Shown here in pieces: positions 47,238 through 56,197 of a stretch of DNA of 64,000 bases; the stretch's first letter is position 1; each line of letters starts with the position of its first letter. The notes beneath the pieces are model-generated. The model did no database searches. It had not been told where the DNA came from and saw only the letters and a list, made by a program, of their open reading frames with translations. The stretch is taken from positions 64,001 to 128,000 of the forward strand of contig JAYZQJ010000007.1 of NCBI GenBank assembly GCA_036149055.1, in the 5' to 3' direction. Origin of the DNA: Myxococcota bacterium (GTDB lineage Bacteria > Myxococcota_A > Polyangia > Polyangiales > Sandaracinaceae). Both the position numbers and the translations under genes were made by a program.

Positions 47238-48310
47238 GGCGCGCCCCCGGTCGCCCGCCCGAAGGCGGCCAGCACGTGGTCCACGTCGGCGTCGGTCAGC
47301 AGCGGGTGGAGGGGGATGGCGAGGCCCTGGGTCTCGATCCGCTCGGCGTGCGGGAAGGGGCCCCCGGCCGCGCGTCCGGCCAGGCTGCCGACCCGGTGGA
47401 GGGCGTAGCTCAGCCGCCCCGCCTCGACCCCGTCCGCCCGGAGGGCCTCGACCACCGCGTCCCGATCCAGGGCGTCCGGGAGCACCACGCCGAAGGTCTG
47501 CCAGTTGCTCTCCGCCCCGGCGACCGGCGCCTGCAGCCCGAAGCCCCCGAGCGCCTCCTGGTAGCGCGCCGCGATCGCCCGGCGGCGGGCCACGATCGCG
47601 TCGAGCCGGTCGAGCTGAGCGAGCCCCATCGCGGCCGCGAGCTCCGTCAGCCGCTGGTTGCCCGCCGGCTCCGCGAACGCGCCCGGGCCGCTGATGCCGT
47701 GGTTTCGGAGCTGCCGCAGCCGGGCGGCCAGGGCGTCGTCGTCGGTGAGGCAGGCCCCGCCTTCGCCGGTGGTGAGGAGCTTGCGCGGGTGGAAGCTGAG
47801 GCAGGCGATCGCGCCGAACGAGGGAGAGGGGCGGCCGCCGATCTCGGCCCCCAGCGAGCAGGCCGCGTCCACCACCACCGGCAGATCGGGCAGCGCGCGC
47901 TCGACCCCGGGGTGATCGGCGGGGTTGCCGAACTGGTCGATGACGATGGCGGCCCGGGTGTCGGCGCGGCGCGCGGCGGCCAGCGCCTCCGGGCTCGCGT
48001 TCCAGCTGGCGGGGTCCACGTCGACCAGGCGCGGGGTGGCGCCGCGGCGGCAGATGGCGTGGGCGGGGCTCGGCCAGCTGAGATCGGGGCAGAGGACCTC
48101 GCCGCCGCTCACGTCGAGCGCCTCGAGGGCGAGCTCGAGGGCCGCGGTGCCCGAGCCGCAGGCGATCGCGTGTCGGCGACCGCAGCGCTCGGCCAGGCGC
48201 GCCTCGAACGCGGCGACCCGTTCTCCCATGACGAGCATGCCGCTCTCGAGCACGGCGGCGACGCCCTCCTGCTCGGGCGGGCCGATCCAGGGCTTCGCGA
48301 GTCGAATCAC
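47234..48310 (-). CDS. DegT/DnrJ/EryC1/StrS aminotransferase
   Basis: SGTAALEL, DAACSLG, SFHPRKLLTTGEGG. Confidence 0.93.
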   Translation of the reverse strand: MIRLAKPWIGPPEQEGVAAVLESGMLVMGERVAAFEARLAERCGRRHAIACGSGTAALELALEALDVSGGEVLCPDLSWPSPAHAICRRGATPRLVDVDPASWNASPEALAAARRADTRAAIVIDQFGNPADHPGVERALPDLPVVVDAACSLGAEIGGRPSPSFGAIACLSFHPRKLLTTGEGGACLTDDDALAARLRQLRNHGISGPGAFAEPAGNQRLTELAAAMGLAQLDRLDAIVARRRAIAARYQEALGGFGLQAPVAGAESNWQTFGVVLPDALDRDAVVEALRADGVEAGRLSYALHRVGSLAGRAAGGPFPHAERIETQGLAIPLHPLLTDADVDHVLAAFGRATGGAP

Positions 48311-48359
48311 GCGGGGAGCATACGCAATTCGGGGCCCGGGGTTGGTATACTTCGCGGCC

Positions 48360-51300
48360 GTGCCCACCCCCTCGACCCCGCCGCCGGAGAGCCTCGGGCG
48401 CTACCGGATCGTGCGTCGCCTCGGCGCGGGCGGGATGGCCGAGGTGTTCCTGGCCAAGAGCACGGGCGCCGAGGGCATCGAGAAGATCCTGGTGGTGAAG
48501 CGGGTGCTGCCCACCTTCGCGCGCAGCCCGAAGTTCATCTCGATGTTCGTCGACGAGGCGAAGGTGGCGATGCGCCTCAACCACCCGAACATCGTGCAGG
48601 TCTACGCGTTCGAGCAGGTCCGGGACGAGTTCCTGCTCGCGATGGAGTTCGTGGATGGCCTCGATCTGGGGCGCCTCATCTCGGGAGCCCGCAGGCAGGG
48701 GCGCCGCATCCCGGCCGCGCTCGCCGCCTACGTGGTGAGCGAGATGGCCAAGGGGCTCGACTACGCGCACAACCGCAAGGACGAGAGCGGCGTGCCGATG
48801 GACATCGTGCACCGGGACGTCAGCCCCCAGAACGTCCTGCTCAGCTACGACGGCATCGTGAAGATCGCCGACTTCGGCATCGCGCGGGCCCGCCTGGTCA
48901 GCGAGGAGACCGGGGTCATCAAGGGGAAGTTCTCCTACATGTCGCCCGAGCAGGCGCGCGGTCAGCGCGTGGACCGGCGCAGCGACGTGTACTCGATCGG
49001 CGTGCTGCTGGCCGAGCTGCTCATGAACCGCTCCATGTACCCCGGCCAGCAGGGCATGGAGGTGCTCGAGCAGGTCCGCGACGGCAAGCTCACCCTGCCG
49101 CGCCAGGTCGACCGCGGGTGCCCGCCGGAGCTCGACGAGGTCGTGCGCCGGGCCACCGCCTTCGATCGGGAGGAGCGCTTCCAGACCGCCCGCTCCCTCG
49201 CCGGGGCCCTGTCGCGCTGGCTCCACGGGCAGGAGGAGATCCTCGACGCGCTCGACCTCGAGCAGTTCATCAACGACATCGCGCCCCGCGAGGTCACCAG
49301 CCCGGACGGCCCCACCGGCGGGCGGACCTCGGGCACCGCGGAGACCCACGCCTCGCTGCCTCACGCCGCCGGCCGCGAGCTGCGCGAGCGCCGCAACGTG
49401 GTGGTGGTGCACGGGCGGCTCCGGGGCGAGGCCGAGATCACCGGGGTCGAGCGCACCGGCCGGAGCATCTCGGACCAGGCGGTCCGGGTGCTCGACGACA
49501 TCGCCTACAAGTACCACGCGATCCTCGACTGGCCGGAGGGGCAGGGGAAGCGGAGCTTCCGGCTCCTGATCGGGCTCGGCCGGGTCTCGGTCGACGACCC
49601 GCTGCACGCCGTCCGGCTCGCGATGGACGTGCTCGACGCGCTCGAGGGCCTCAGCGCCGACCTGCTGGTGCCGCTCACCGCCTCGGTGGGCCTGTCGCGC
49701 GGCGTGGTCGCGACGGTCCGCGCGGCCAGCGGACGGCTCCGCTACCAGCCCCTCGAGGGCGTCTTCGAGGTCGCGCGCGAGCTGGGGGATCACGGCGAGG
49801 CGAGCGAGATCCTCGCGACCGGCGAGGTCTTCCGGCTGGCGCGCCGCGCGTTCTCGTTCGACGAGCGGGACGTCCGCGAGATCACGGTGACCGGGACCCA
49901 GGCCGGGCCCCGGCGCTTTCGCGCGTATCGTCTGCGAGGCGCCCGCACCCGTGAGGAGCGCGCGGCCGAGGCCCTCGCGGTGGCCGGCCAGGTCGGGCTC
50001 TTCGGCCGCTCCATGGAGATCCAGGCCCTCGTCGACGCCTACGAGGAGCTCGTCCGGGACCGGCAGAGCGCCTACTTCTGCATCACCGGCGAGCTCGGCG
50101 TCGGCAAGAGCGCCCTCGTGGCCGCGGCGGTCGACGCGTTCGAGCCCGCCCCGCGCCTGCTGCGCATCGAGTGCGTGTTCGGCAGCGCCGAGGTCCCCTA
50201 CGGCGCGGTGGGCGAGCTGGTGCGCGAGGCCTGCGACATCCCCGAGGACGCGTCGGCCGAGGAGGCGCGCCGGCAGCTCGCCGAGACCCTCGAGCGCACG
50301 CTCCCGCCGGACGCGCGCGGCCCCACCGCCGACGCGCTCGAGCCGCTGATCGCGCCGATCGCCTCCGAGGACCCGGGAGACCGCAGCGCAGGTTTGATAC
50401 GGGCCGTGCGCACCCTGCTGGCCGGGCTCGCGAGCGGCGGCCCGCTGGTGGTGTGGGTCGACGCGCTGCAGTTCACCGACACCCCGAGCCTCCAGCTCAT
50501 GTCGCGCTTGATGGCGCACACCTATCCGGCGCCGCTGATGGTCGTGCTCTCGAGCCGGGCCGACGAGCGGGTGGAGGAGCTGCTCGGCGGGGTGCCGCGC
50601 ATCGATCTCGAGGAGCTGGACGACGACGATCGCCACAGCCTCGTCGAGGCGCGCTTCGGCGGCGCGAAGGTGCCCCGCGAGATCCAGGACAAGATCGTGC
50701 ACCGCGCGGGCGGGAACCCGTTCTTTCTCATCGAGCTCATCGACGCGCTGCTCGAGCGCGACGTGGTCCGCATCGAAGGGGAGGGGGCGGCGCGGGAGGT
50801 GGTCCGCCGCAGCGGCGCCGCCTTCGCGCTCCCGACCACCCTCGAGGACGTGATCGCGGCCCGCCTCGCCGAGCTCCCGGAGCACGAGCGACACGCGCTG
50901 CGCTGGCTGGCGGTGACCGGACCCGGGCTCCGGGTGTCGGAGCTGCGCACCCTGACCGGCGAGGATCTGGCCGGAGATCTGAGCGCGCTCGCCGAGCGCG
51001 GCCTGGTGCAGGAGCGGGCGGGCGGGGTGCTGTTCTTCCCGAGCGCGGTCGTGCGCCACGTCGCCTACGAGAGCATCGACTCGAGCGACCGGGTGCGCAT
51101 GCACCGGATGATGGCGAACTACCTCACCGCGCTCGACGCGGTGCCGCCCGCCCGGCTGGCCCATCACCGCGAGCAGGCCGGGGACCGCTCCGGGGCCGCG
51201 AGCGCGTATCTGGCCGCGGCGCAGGCGGCTCACCTCATGTACAGCCACGAGGACGCGATGCGCTTCTACGGGCGCGCGCTCTCGATGGTCGCCCCGGACT

Positions 51301-52589
51301 CGCGCCTCGCCTTCGAGGCCCACGAAGGGCGAGAGCAGATCCTCCGGGCGCTCGGGCGCCGAAACGAGCAGCGCAACGAGCTCGAGGCGCTCCGCGCGCT
51401 GGCGGAGCGGTCCCGGGACTCGCATCAGATCGCGATCGCCTTCAGCCGCCTGGCCCGCTTCGACCTCGACGCGGCTCGCCCCACCGGGGTCGACGCCCTG
51501 CTCCGGCGCGCGCTCGACGCCGCCATCCAGGGTGAGGACAAGGCCTCCGAGATCGAGGCGCTGCGCCTGCTCGGCCAGCTCCGGCGTGACCAGGGTGATA
51601 CCCAAGGCGCGATCGAGGCGCTCGACCGGGCCCTGGCGCGGGCCGGCCGCGACGTGGACTTCCTGAGCGCGCGCGGGCAGACCCTGGTGCAGAAGGCCAT
51701 CCTGCTCTGGCGCTCCGGCCGCATCGACGACTCGCTCGAGGCGGCGGCCGAGGCGGTCGCGATCTTCCGCCGGCTGGGCCTCAAGGGACACGAGGCCCAC
51801 GCCCTGTCGAGCCTCGGCGTCGCGCTCGCCCACAAGGGCAGCTTCGAGGACGCGATCTCGATGATGCGCACCTCGATCCTGCTCGATCGCGAGATCGGCG
51901 ACCGGCTCCACCTCGGTCGAAAGGTATCGAACGTGGGCCAGCTTTACGCCGAGCTGGGCGACGTGGACAACGCGCTCGGGTTCCTGCAGCGGGCGCTCGA
52001 CGTGTTCGAGCGGGTCGACGACCAGTCGGGTCAGTCGGACACCCTCTGCGCGATGGCGGAGCTGCTCGCGGAGCAGGTGGGCGATCTCGAGGCGGCCGAC
52101 GGAGTGCTCTCGGACGCCCGCGCCCTCGCCGAGCGCATCCAGGATCCCTACGATCTCGCGCACGTGGACCTGGTCGAGGCCGGGCTCTGGATGGAGAAGG
52201 GGCAGCCTCGCCGCGCCGAGCGGCTCGCCAAGGAGGCGGCGTCGCACGCCCGGGCGGCCGGGGCCCGGGGCTACGAGCTGCTGGCGATGGCCGCGCGCTC
52301 GGACGCGCTGGCCCGGCTCCACGAGCGGGACGAGGCCCGGCGCCTGGCGGGCGAGGTCCTGCGCACCGCGCGGGATCGCTCCGACGTCGAGCGCGCCGAC
52401 CGGGTCTACTACCAGGTCGCGGTGGCGCTCGCGCGCTGCGAGCAGCCGAAGGAGGCGGAGCGGGCCATCGCCAACGCGCGGGCGGTCGTCGACGGGCGCC
52501 TCGAGCACATCCGGGACGAGCGGCTCCGCGCCCTCTATCTCGACTCGAAGTGGGTGCGATCCATCCGGCGGGATCTACCGACTGCCTGA
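48360..52589 (+). CDS. Ser/Thr kinase - degenerate class III cyclase-like - STAND ATPase - TPR protein
   Basis: GGMAEVF, HRDVSPQN, KGKFSYMSPE; RERRNVVV..DDPLHAVRLA..SVGLSRG; GELGVGKS; GNPFFL; TPRs. Confidence 0.9.
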   Translation: MPTPSTPPPESLGRYRIVRRLGAGGMAEVFLAKSTGAEGIEKILVVKRVLPTFARSPKFISMFVDEAKVAMRLNHPNIVQVYAFEQVRDEFLLAMEFVDGLDLGRLISGARRQGRRIPAALAAYVVSEMAKGLDYAHNRKDESGVPMDIVHRDVSPQNVLLSYDGIVKIADFGIARARLVSEETGVIKGKFSYMSPEQARGQRVDRRSDVYSIGVLLAELLMNRSMYPGQQGMEVLEQVRDGKLTLPRQVDRGCPPELDEVVRRATAFDREERFQTARSLAGALSRWLHGQEEILDALDLEQFINDIAPREVTSPDGPTGGRTSGTAETHASLPHAAGRELRERRNVVVVHGRLRGEAEITGVERTGRSISDQAVRVLDDIAYKYHAILDWPEGQGKRSFRLLIGLGRVSVDDPLHAVRLAMDVLDALEGLSADLLVPLTASVGLSRGVVATVRAASGRLRYQPLEGVFEVARELGDHGEASEILATGEVFRLARRAFSFDERDVREITVTGTQAGPRRFRAYRLRGARTREERAAEALAVAGQVGLFGRSMEIQALVDAYEELVRDRQSAYFCITGELGVGKSALVAAAVDAFEPAPRLLRIECVFGSAEVPYGAVGELVREACDIPEDASAEEARRQLAETLERTLPPDARGPTADALEPLIAPIASEDPGDRSAGLIRAVRTLLAGLASGGPLVVWVDALQFTDTPSLQLMSRLMAHTYPAPLMVVLSSRADERVEELLGGVPRIDLEELDDDDRHSLVEARFGGAKVPREIQDKIVHRAGGNPFFLIELIDALLERDVVRIEGEGAAREVVRRSGAAFALPTTLEDVIAARLAELPEHERHALRWLAVTGPGLRVSELRTLTGEDLAGDLSALAERGLVQERAGGVLFFPSAVVRHVAYESIDSSDRVRMHRMMANYLTALDAVPPARLAHHREQAGDRSGAASAYLAAAQAAHLMYSHEDAMRFYGRALSMVAPDSRLAFEAHEGREQILRALGRRNEQRNELEALRALAERSRDSHQIAIAFSRLARFDLDAARPTGVDALLRRALDAAIQGEDKASEIEALRLLGQLRRDQGDTQGAIEALDRALARAGRDVDFLSARGQTLVQKAILLWRSGRIDDSLEAAAEAVAIFRRLGLKGHEAHALSSLGVALAHKGSFEDAISMMRTSILLDREIGDRLHLGRKVSNVGQLYAELGDVDNALGFLQRALDVFERVDDQSGQSDTLCAMAELLAEQVGDLEAADGVLSDARALAERIQDPYDLAHVDLVEAGLWMEKGQPRRAERLAKEAASHARAAGARGYELLAMAARSDALARLHERDEARRLAGEVLRTARDRSDVERADRVYYQVAVALARCEQPKEAERAIANARAVVDGRLEHIRDERLRALYLDSKWVRSIRRDLPTA

Positions 52590-52592
52590 CGA

Positions 52593-53762
52593 ATGCTCGC
52601 GCTGGTCATGAGCGGAGGCGGGGCGCGCGGTGCCTACGAGGTGGGAGTGCTGTCCTACCTGTACGGGCAGCTGGCGCAGAGCCTCGGCCCGCCGCGCTTC
52701 GACATCGTCTGCGGCACGAGCGTGGGCGCGATCAACGGCGCCTTCATGGCCTCGGTCGCTCACGATCCGGGCCCGGGGACCCGGCGCCTCGAGGCCCTCT
52801 GGCGGGACCTCGAGATGCCCCAGGTGCTCGGGTTCAACATGATCCAGGCCCAGCGCCTCCACCGGGTCCTGCTCGGCGGGCGGCGCGGCGCGGGGCTCTT
52901 CGACGCCTCGCCGATGACCGACATCATCCGGTCCGAGATCGACTACCGGCAGCTCGCCCGGAACGTGCGGGCCGGCCGCCTCAAGGCGCTCACCGTCACC
53001 GCGACCCACGTCCCGACCGGTCAGCCCACGGTGTTCGTCGACAAGCACCCGAGCGTGGCCCTGCCGAAGCTCTCGGCCCGCAACGTGGTGGTGCGCACCG
53101 CGCACGTGATGCCCTACCACGTGCTCGCATCGGCTGCGATACCGATCCTCTTCCCGCCGGTCTTCATCCGGACCGATCTCTACTGCGACGGGGGGCTGCG
53201 CCTGAACACCCCGCTGGGACCGGCGATCCGCCTGGGCGCGGACCGGGTGCTCGTGATCGGCATGACCGGCCAGACCCACGACCGGGTGGAGATCCCGCCT
53301 TCGCGCTTCCCCGGCTTGCCGTTCCTGCTCGGCAAGGTGCTCGACGCGTTCCTGCTCGACCACGTGAACCTCGACATCGAGGAGCTCGAGCGGATCAACG
53401 AGCTGCTCCAGGACGGGATCGCCGCTTACGGGCCCGAGTTCCTCGACCGTGTCAACGCCGAGGCCGCCAAGCGCGGGCACCCGCCGAGGCGGCTCATCGA
53501 CTCGCTCGTCATCCGCCCGAGTCGCGACATGGGCGAGATGGCCGCCGACTTCCTCCGGCGGGAGCGGGTCGCGATCCGGCGGCGCCTCGGCCGGGCGTTC
53601 CTCCGGCTGATGGACGTCGGGGAGGGGGCCGACTCCGCGGATCTGGCGAGCTACCTGCTCTTCGACGGGGGCTTCTGCTCCGAGCTGATCGAGCTCGGCC
53701 GGGCCGACGCCGCCGCCCGCCACGACGAGCTCACCGCCTTCCTGAGCCCTCGCGGGTCGTGA
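52593..53762 (+). CDS. Patatin-like phospholipase
   Basis: GGGARG, GTSVG, ASAAIP, DGG. Confidence 0.94.
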   Translation: MLALVMSGGGARGAYEVGVLSYLYGQLAQSLGPPRFDIVCGTSVGAINGAFMASVAHDPGPGTRRLEALWRDLEMPQVLGFNMIQAQRLHRVLLGGRRGAGLFDASPMTDIIRSEIDYRQLARNVRAGRLKALTVTATHVPTGQPTVFVDKHPSVALPKLSARNVVVRTAHVMPYHVLASAAIPILFPPVFIRTDLYCDGGLRLNTPLGPAIRLGADRVLVIGMTGQTHDRVEIPPSRFPGLPFLLGKVLDAFLLDHVNLDIEELERINELLQDGIAAYGPEFLDRVNAEAAKRGHPPRRLIDSLVIRPSRDMGEMAADFLRRERVAIRRRLGRAFLRLMDVGEGADSADLASYLLFDGGFCSELIELGRADAAARHDELTAFLSPRGS

Positions 53763-53794
53763 TCCCCCAGGGCTGGGGAGCGCCTGGGACAAAT

Positions 53795-53871
53795 TGTGGA
53801 TAAAGTTCCCCAAGCCTTCGAGACCACGGGCGTTTCGACAGAAAAAAAGCCTGTGCTATCGTTGGGGATAG
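53795..53871 (+). promoter_or_regulatory. DnaA box plus sigma70 promoter
   Basis: Perfect TGTGGATAA 53795-53803; TCGACA-N16-TATCGT with extended TG; TGGGGATAG 53863-53871. Confidence 0.55.
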
Positions 53872-53890
53872 AGGTATCAAAGAGCGTGAC

Positions 53891-54634
53891 ATGCCTCCGT
53901 TGAAAGAGGTCTCAACCTCGCCCTCACCCGAGGAGTGCCTTCGAGAGGCTCTCCAGGCGGAGAGCCCCAGTATACGGGCACATTTCGCCGAACGAGGGCT
54001 CGCGGCGGAGGGGCCGCTCGAACCTGATACAGAGGTGCTCTTGCTACGCCAGCTCTACCTGGCGCACCTCGACTCGCATCGATTTCGCGACGCCGCGGAC
54101 ACCGCCCTCCGCATGAGCGCGCTCGGTCCGCTGAAGGACGTCTGTCACCACGACGCGTCCCGGGCGCTCGCCGCCCTCGGAGACCTCGACGCGGCGGTGG
54201 CCCAGCAGCGCCTCGCCGCCCGCGCCGCGCCCCCGGACCGCCGCAGCTTCCAGTGGTGGTCGCTGGCGACGCTCCTCCAGCAGGCCGGCGACCGGCAGTC
54301 TGCCATCCGGGCGCTGCGCCGCGGCGAGCGCTGGGCCCACGACGACCGGCCGCTCCTCCGGGCGCACCGGGCGTGGCTCCGGATCGAGGAGGGGCAGATG
54401 CCCCGCGAGCTGGACGCGATCTGCGCCGACCTCGAGCGCTCCCGGGGCGCGGCCGGCTACGGCCAGCTCGTGCTCGGCATGATCCGTCACCGGATGGGCG
54501 ACGCCGCGCGGGCGGCCGTGCACCTCCGCGCCTTCCTCCGGCGAAACGCCTCCGCGGACGCGGCCAAGGCGATCACCCTGCGCGAGGAGCTCCGGCTCGC
54601 GCGTGAGGCCCTCGCCGGCATCGACTCCGAGTGA
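53891..54634 (+). CDS. TPR-like hypothetical protein
   Basis: Helical repeats (ALAALGDLDAAV, LGMIRHRMGDAARA). Confidence 0.7.
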   Translation: MPPLKEVSTSPSPEECLREALQAESPSIRAHFAERGLAAEGPLEPDTEVLLLRQLYLAHLDSHRFRDAADTALRMSALGPLKDVCHHDASRALAALGDLDAAVAQQRLAARAAPPDRRSFQWWSLATLLQQAGDRQSAIRALRRGERWAHDDRPLLRAHRAWLRIEEGQMPRELDAICADLERSRGAAGYGQLVLGMIRHRMGDAARAAVHLRAFLRRNASADAAKAITLREELRLAREALAGIDSE

Positions 54635-54735
54635 CAGCCGCCCGTAAGGCGGGAGGACGCCTTCTTTCGCCCGGCGGCCTGCGGTAGGTTCCCCACGCGG
54701 CCGCGGGGGATGGCGGGCCGCGAGGAGGAGGATCG

Positions 54736-56154
54736 ATGAGGCACCTTGGCTTGATGACGGCGCTCGCGCTGACCTGCGCGGCGTGTGGTGAGTCCCACAG
54801 CGCGGACGCCGGGACCACGATCACCTTCGACGCCGCGCTCCCCGACAGCGGGCCGGGCGATCTCTGCGGCAACGGGGAGCTCGACCCGGGCGAGCGCTGC
54901 GACGACGGCAACACCACGCCGGGAGACGGCTGCGACGCCGAGTGTGTGCGCGAGCCCTACTGCGGCGACGGGAGCGTCGACGGCGACGAGGTCTGCGACG
55001 ACGGCAACAACGCCTCGGGCGACGGCTGCCGGAGCGACTGTCGCAGCGACGAGACCTGCGGCAACGGCATCACCGACCACGCCCGCGGCGAGCTCTGCGA
55101 CGGCGAGGCCAACTGCGGCCCCGACTGCATGACGGTCCCCGGCTGCGGCGACGGCACCGTCACCGACCCCGAGGTGTGTGACGACGCGAACACCGATCGC
55201 TGGGACGGCTGCGACGCGGCGTGTCGCGAGGAGATCGTGCTCGTGATGAGCTCCCTCGGGCTCGGCGACCGCCGGACCGGGTGCGACTTCAACGGCGACG
55301 GCAGCCCCGACAACGCCTTCGCGCGGGCCCTCGGCCTGCTGGCCACCGCGATCGGGCCGCTCATCGAGCAGCAGATCTCGAGCGGCGACCTGATCATCCT
55401 GCTCGGCATGCTCGGCCTGGACGACCCGACCGGGGTGAACGACGACGACTTCCGGATCGCCTGGATGGTCGGTGAGGACGCCGACGGGGACCCGGACAAC
55501 AACTTCACGGGCGCCGGCCAGTTCCGCGTCACCCCCGACGCCCTCGGCCCCGACGGCGCGCCGCTCACCTCCATCCAGAGCCGCGTCGCGAGCAGCGACC
55601 TGACCGGCGGGCCGGAGGACATCCCGCTCCCGATCGGCTTCCTGCCCATCGAGCTCAAGCAGGGCCGCATCGAGGGCACCACGGTGCCGGACGCGGGCGA
55701 GCTGTTCCGCATCGACGACGGTCTCCTCTGCGGTGGCATCCCGGTGAACCTGCTCGCGCTCCTCGGGGGCTTCCTCGGCGACATGCTCGAGACCGAGCCC
55801 GCCTGCGACGGCGGCGATCCGCCGACCCTGCTCGACCTGATCATCGCCGGCGGCGAGGCGACCGCGAACTTCGGCGGCATGATGTTCCCGCTGCGCTTCA
55901 GCGCGACGCCGCCCGACCTCGACCTCGACGGCGACGGCCTCGAGGGCTTCACCATCACCTCCGACGGCCCCGACGGCTGCCAGCCGGTGGTGACCGCGTG
56001 CACCGACGGCGACGGCACCGTCATCGACGGCCGGGGCTGCTTCTCGGATCCGCGGATCGGAGACGGGCACTCGGCGGCCTTCGACTTCACCGCCGTGCGC
56101 GGGCAGACCCTCGGAATCGCGGGAGGAACCGGCGGTCCCATGCCGGGCATGTGA
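54736..56154 (+). CDS. Lipoprotein with Myxococcus cysteine-rich (DUF4215) repeats
   Basis: CGNG..E.CDDGN...GDGC repeats; lipobox CAAC; GGAGG RBS. Confidence 0.88.
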   Translation: MRHLGLMTALALTCAACGESHSADAGTTITFDAALPDSGPGDLCGNGELDPGERCDDGNTTPGDGCDAECVREPYCGDGSVDGDEVCDDGNNASGDGCRSDCRSDETCGNGITDHARGELCDGEANCGPDCMTVPGCGDGTVTDPEVCDDANTDRWDGCDAACREEIVLVMSSLGLGDRRTGCDFNGDGSPDNAFARALGLLATAIGPLIEQQISSGDLIILLGMLGLDDPTGVNDDDFRIAWMVGEDADGDPDNNFTGAGQFRVTPDALGPDGAPLTSIQSRVASSDLTGGPEDIPLPIGFLPIELKQGRIEGTTVPDAGELFRIDDGLLCGGIPVNLLALLGGFLGDMLETEPACDGGDPPTLLDLIIAGGEATANFGGMMFPLRFSATPPDLDLDGDGLEGFTITSDGPDGCQPVVTACTDGDGTVIDGRGCFSDPRIGDGHSAAFDFTAVRGQTLGIAGGTGGPMPGM

Positions 56155-56197
56155 GGCTCGCGGCGGGCTCCACGGAGTGCTAGCCTCGCGGGCCTCT

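Noticed and set aside
46311..52508. 2065-aa minus-strand ORF
   Set aside because: Only 46311-47237 is the ABC ATPase; the remainder shadows the DegT and kinase genes.
53760..53890. oriC
   Set aside because: Only one perfect DnaA box, a short gap, no clear unwinding element and no dnaA/dnaN/parAB nearby.
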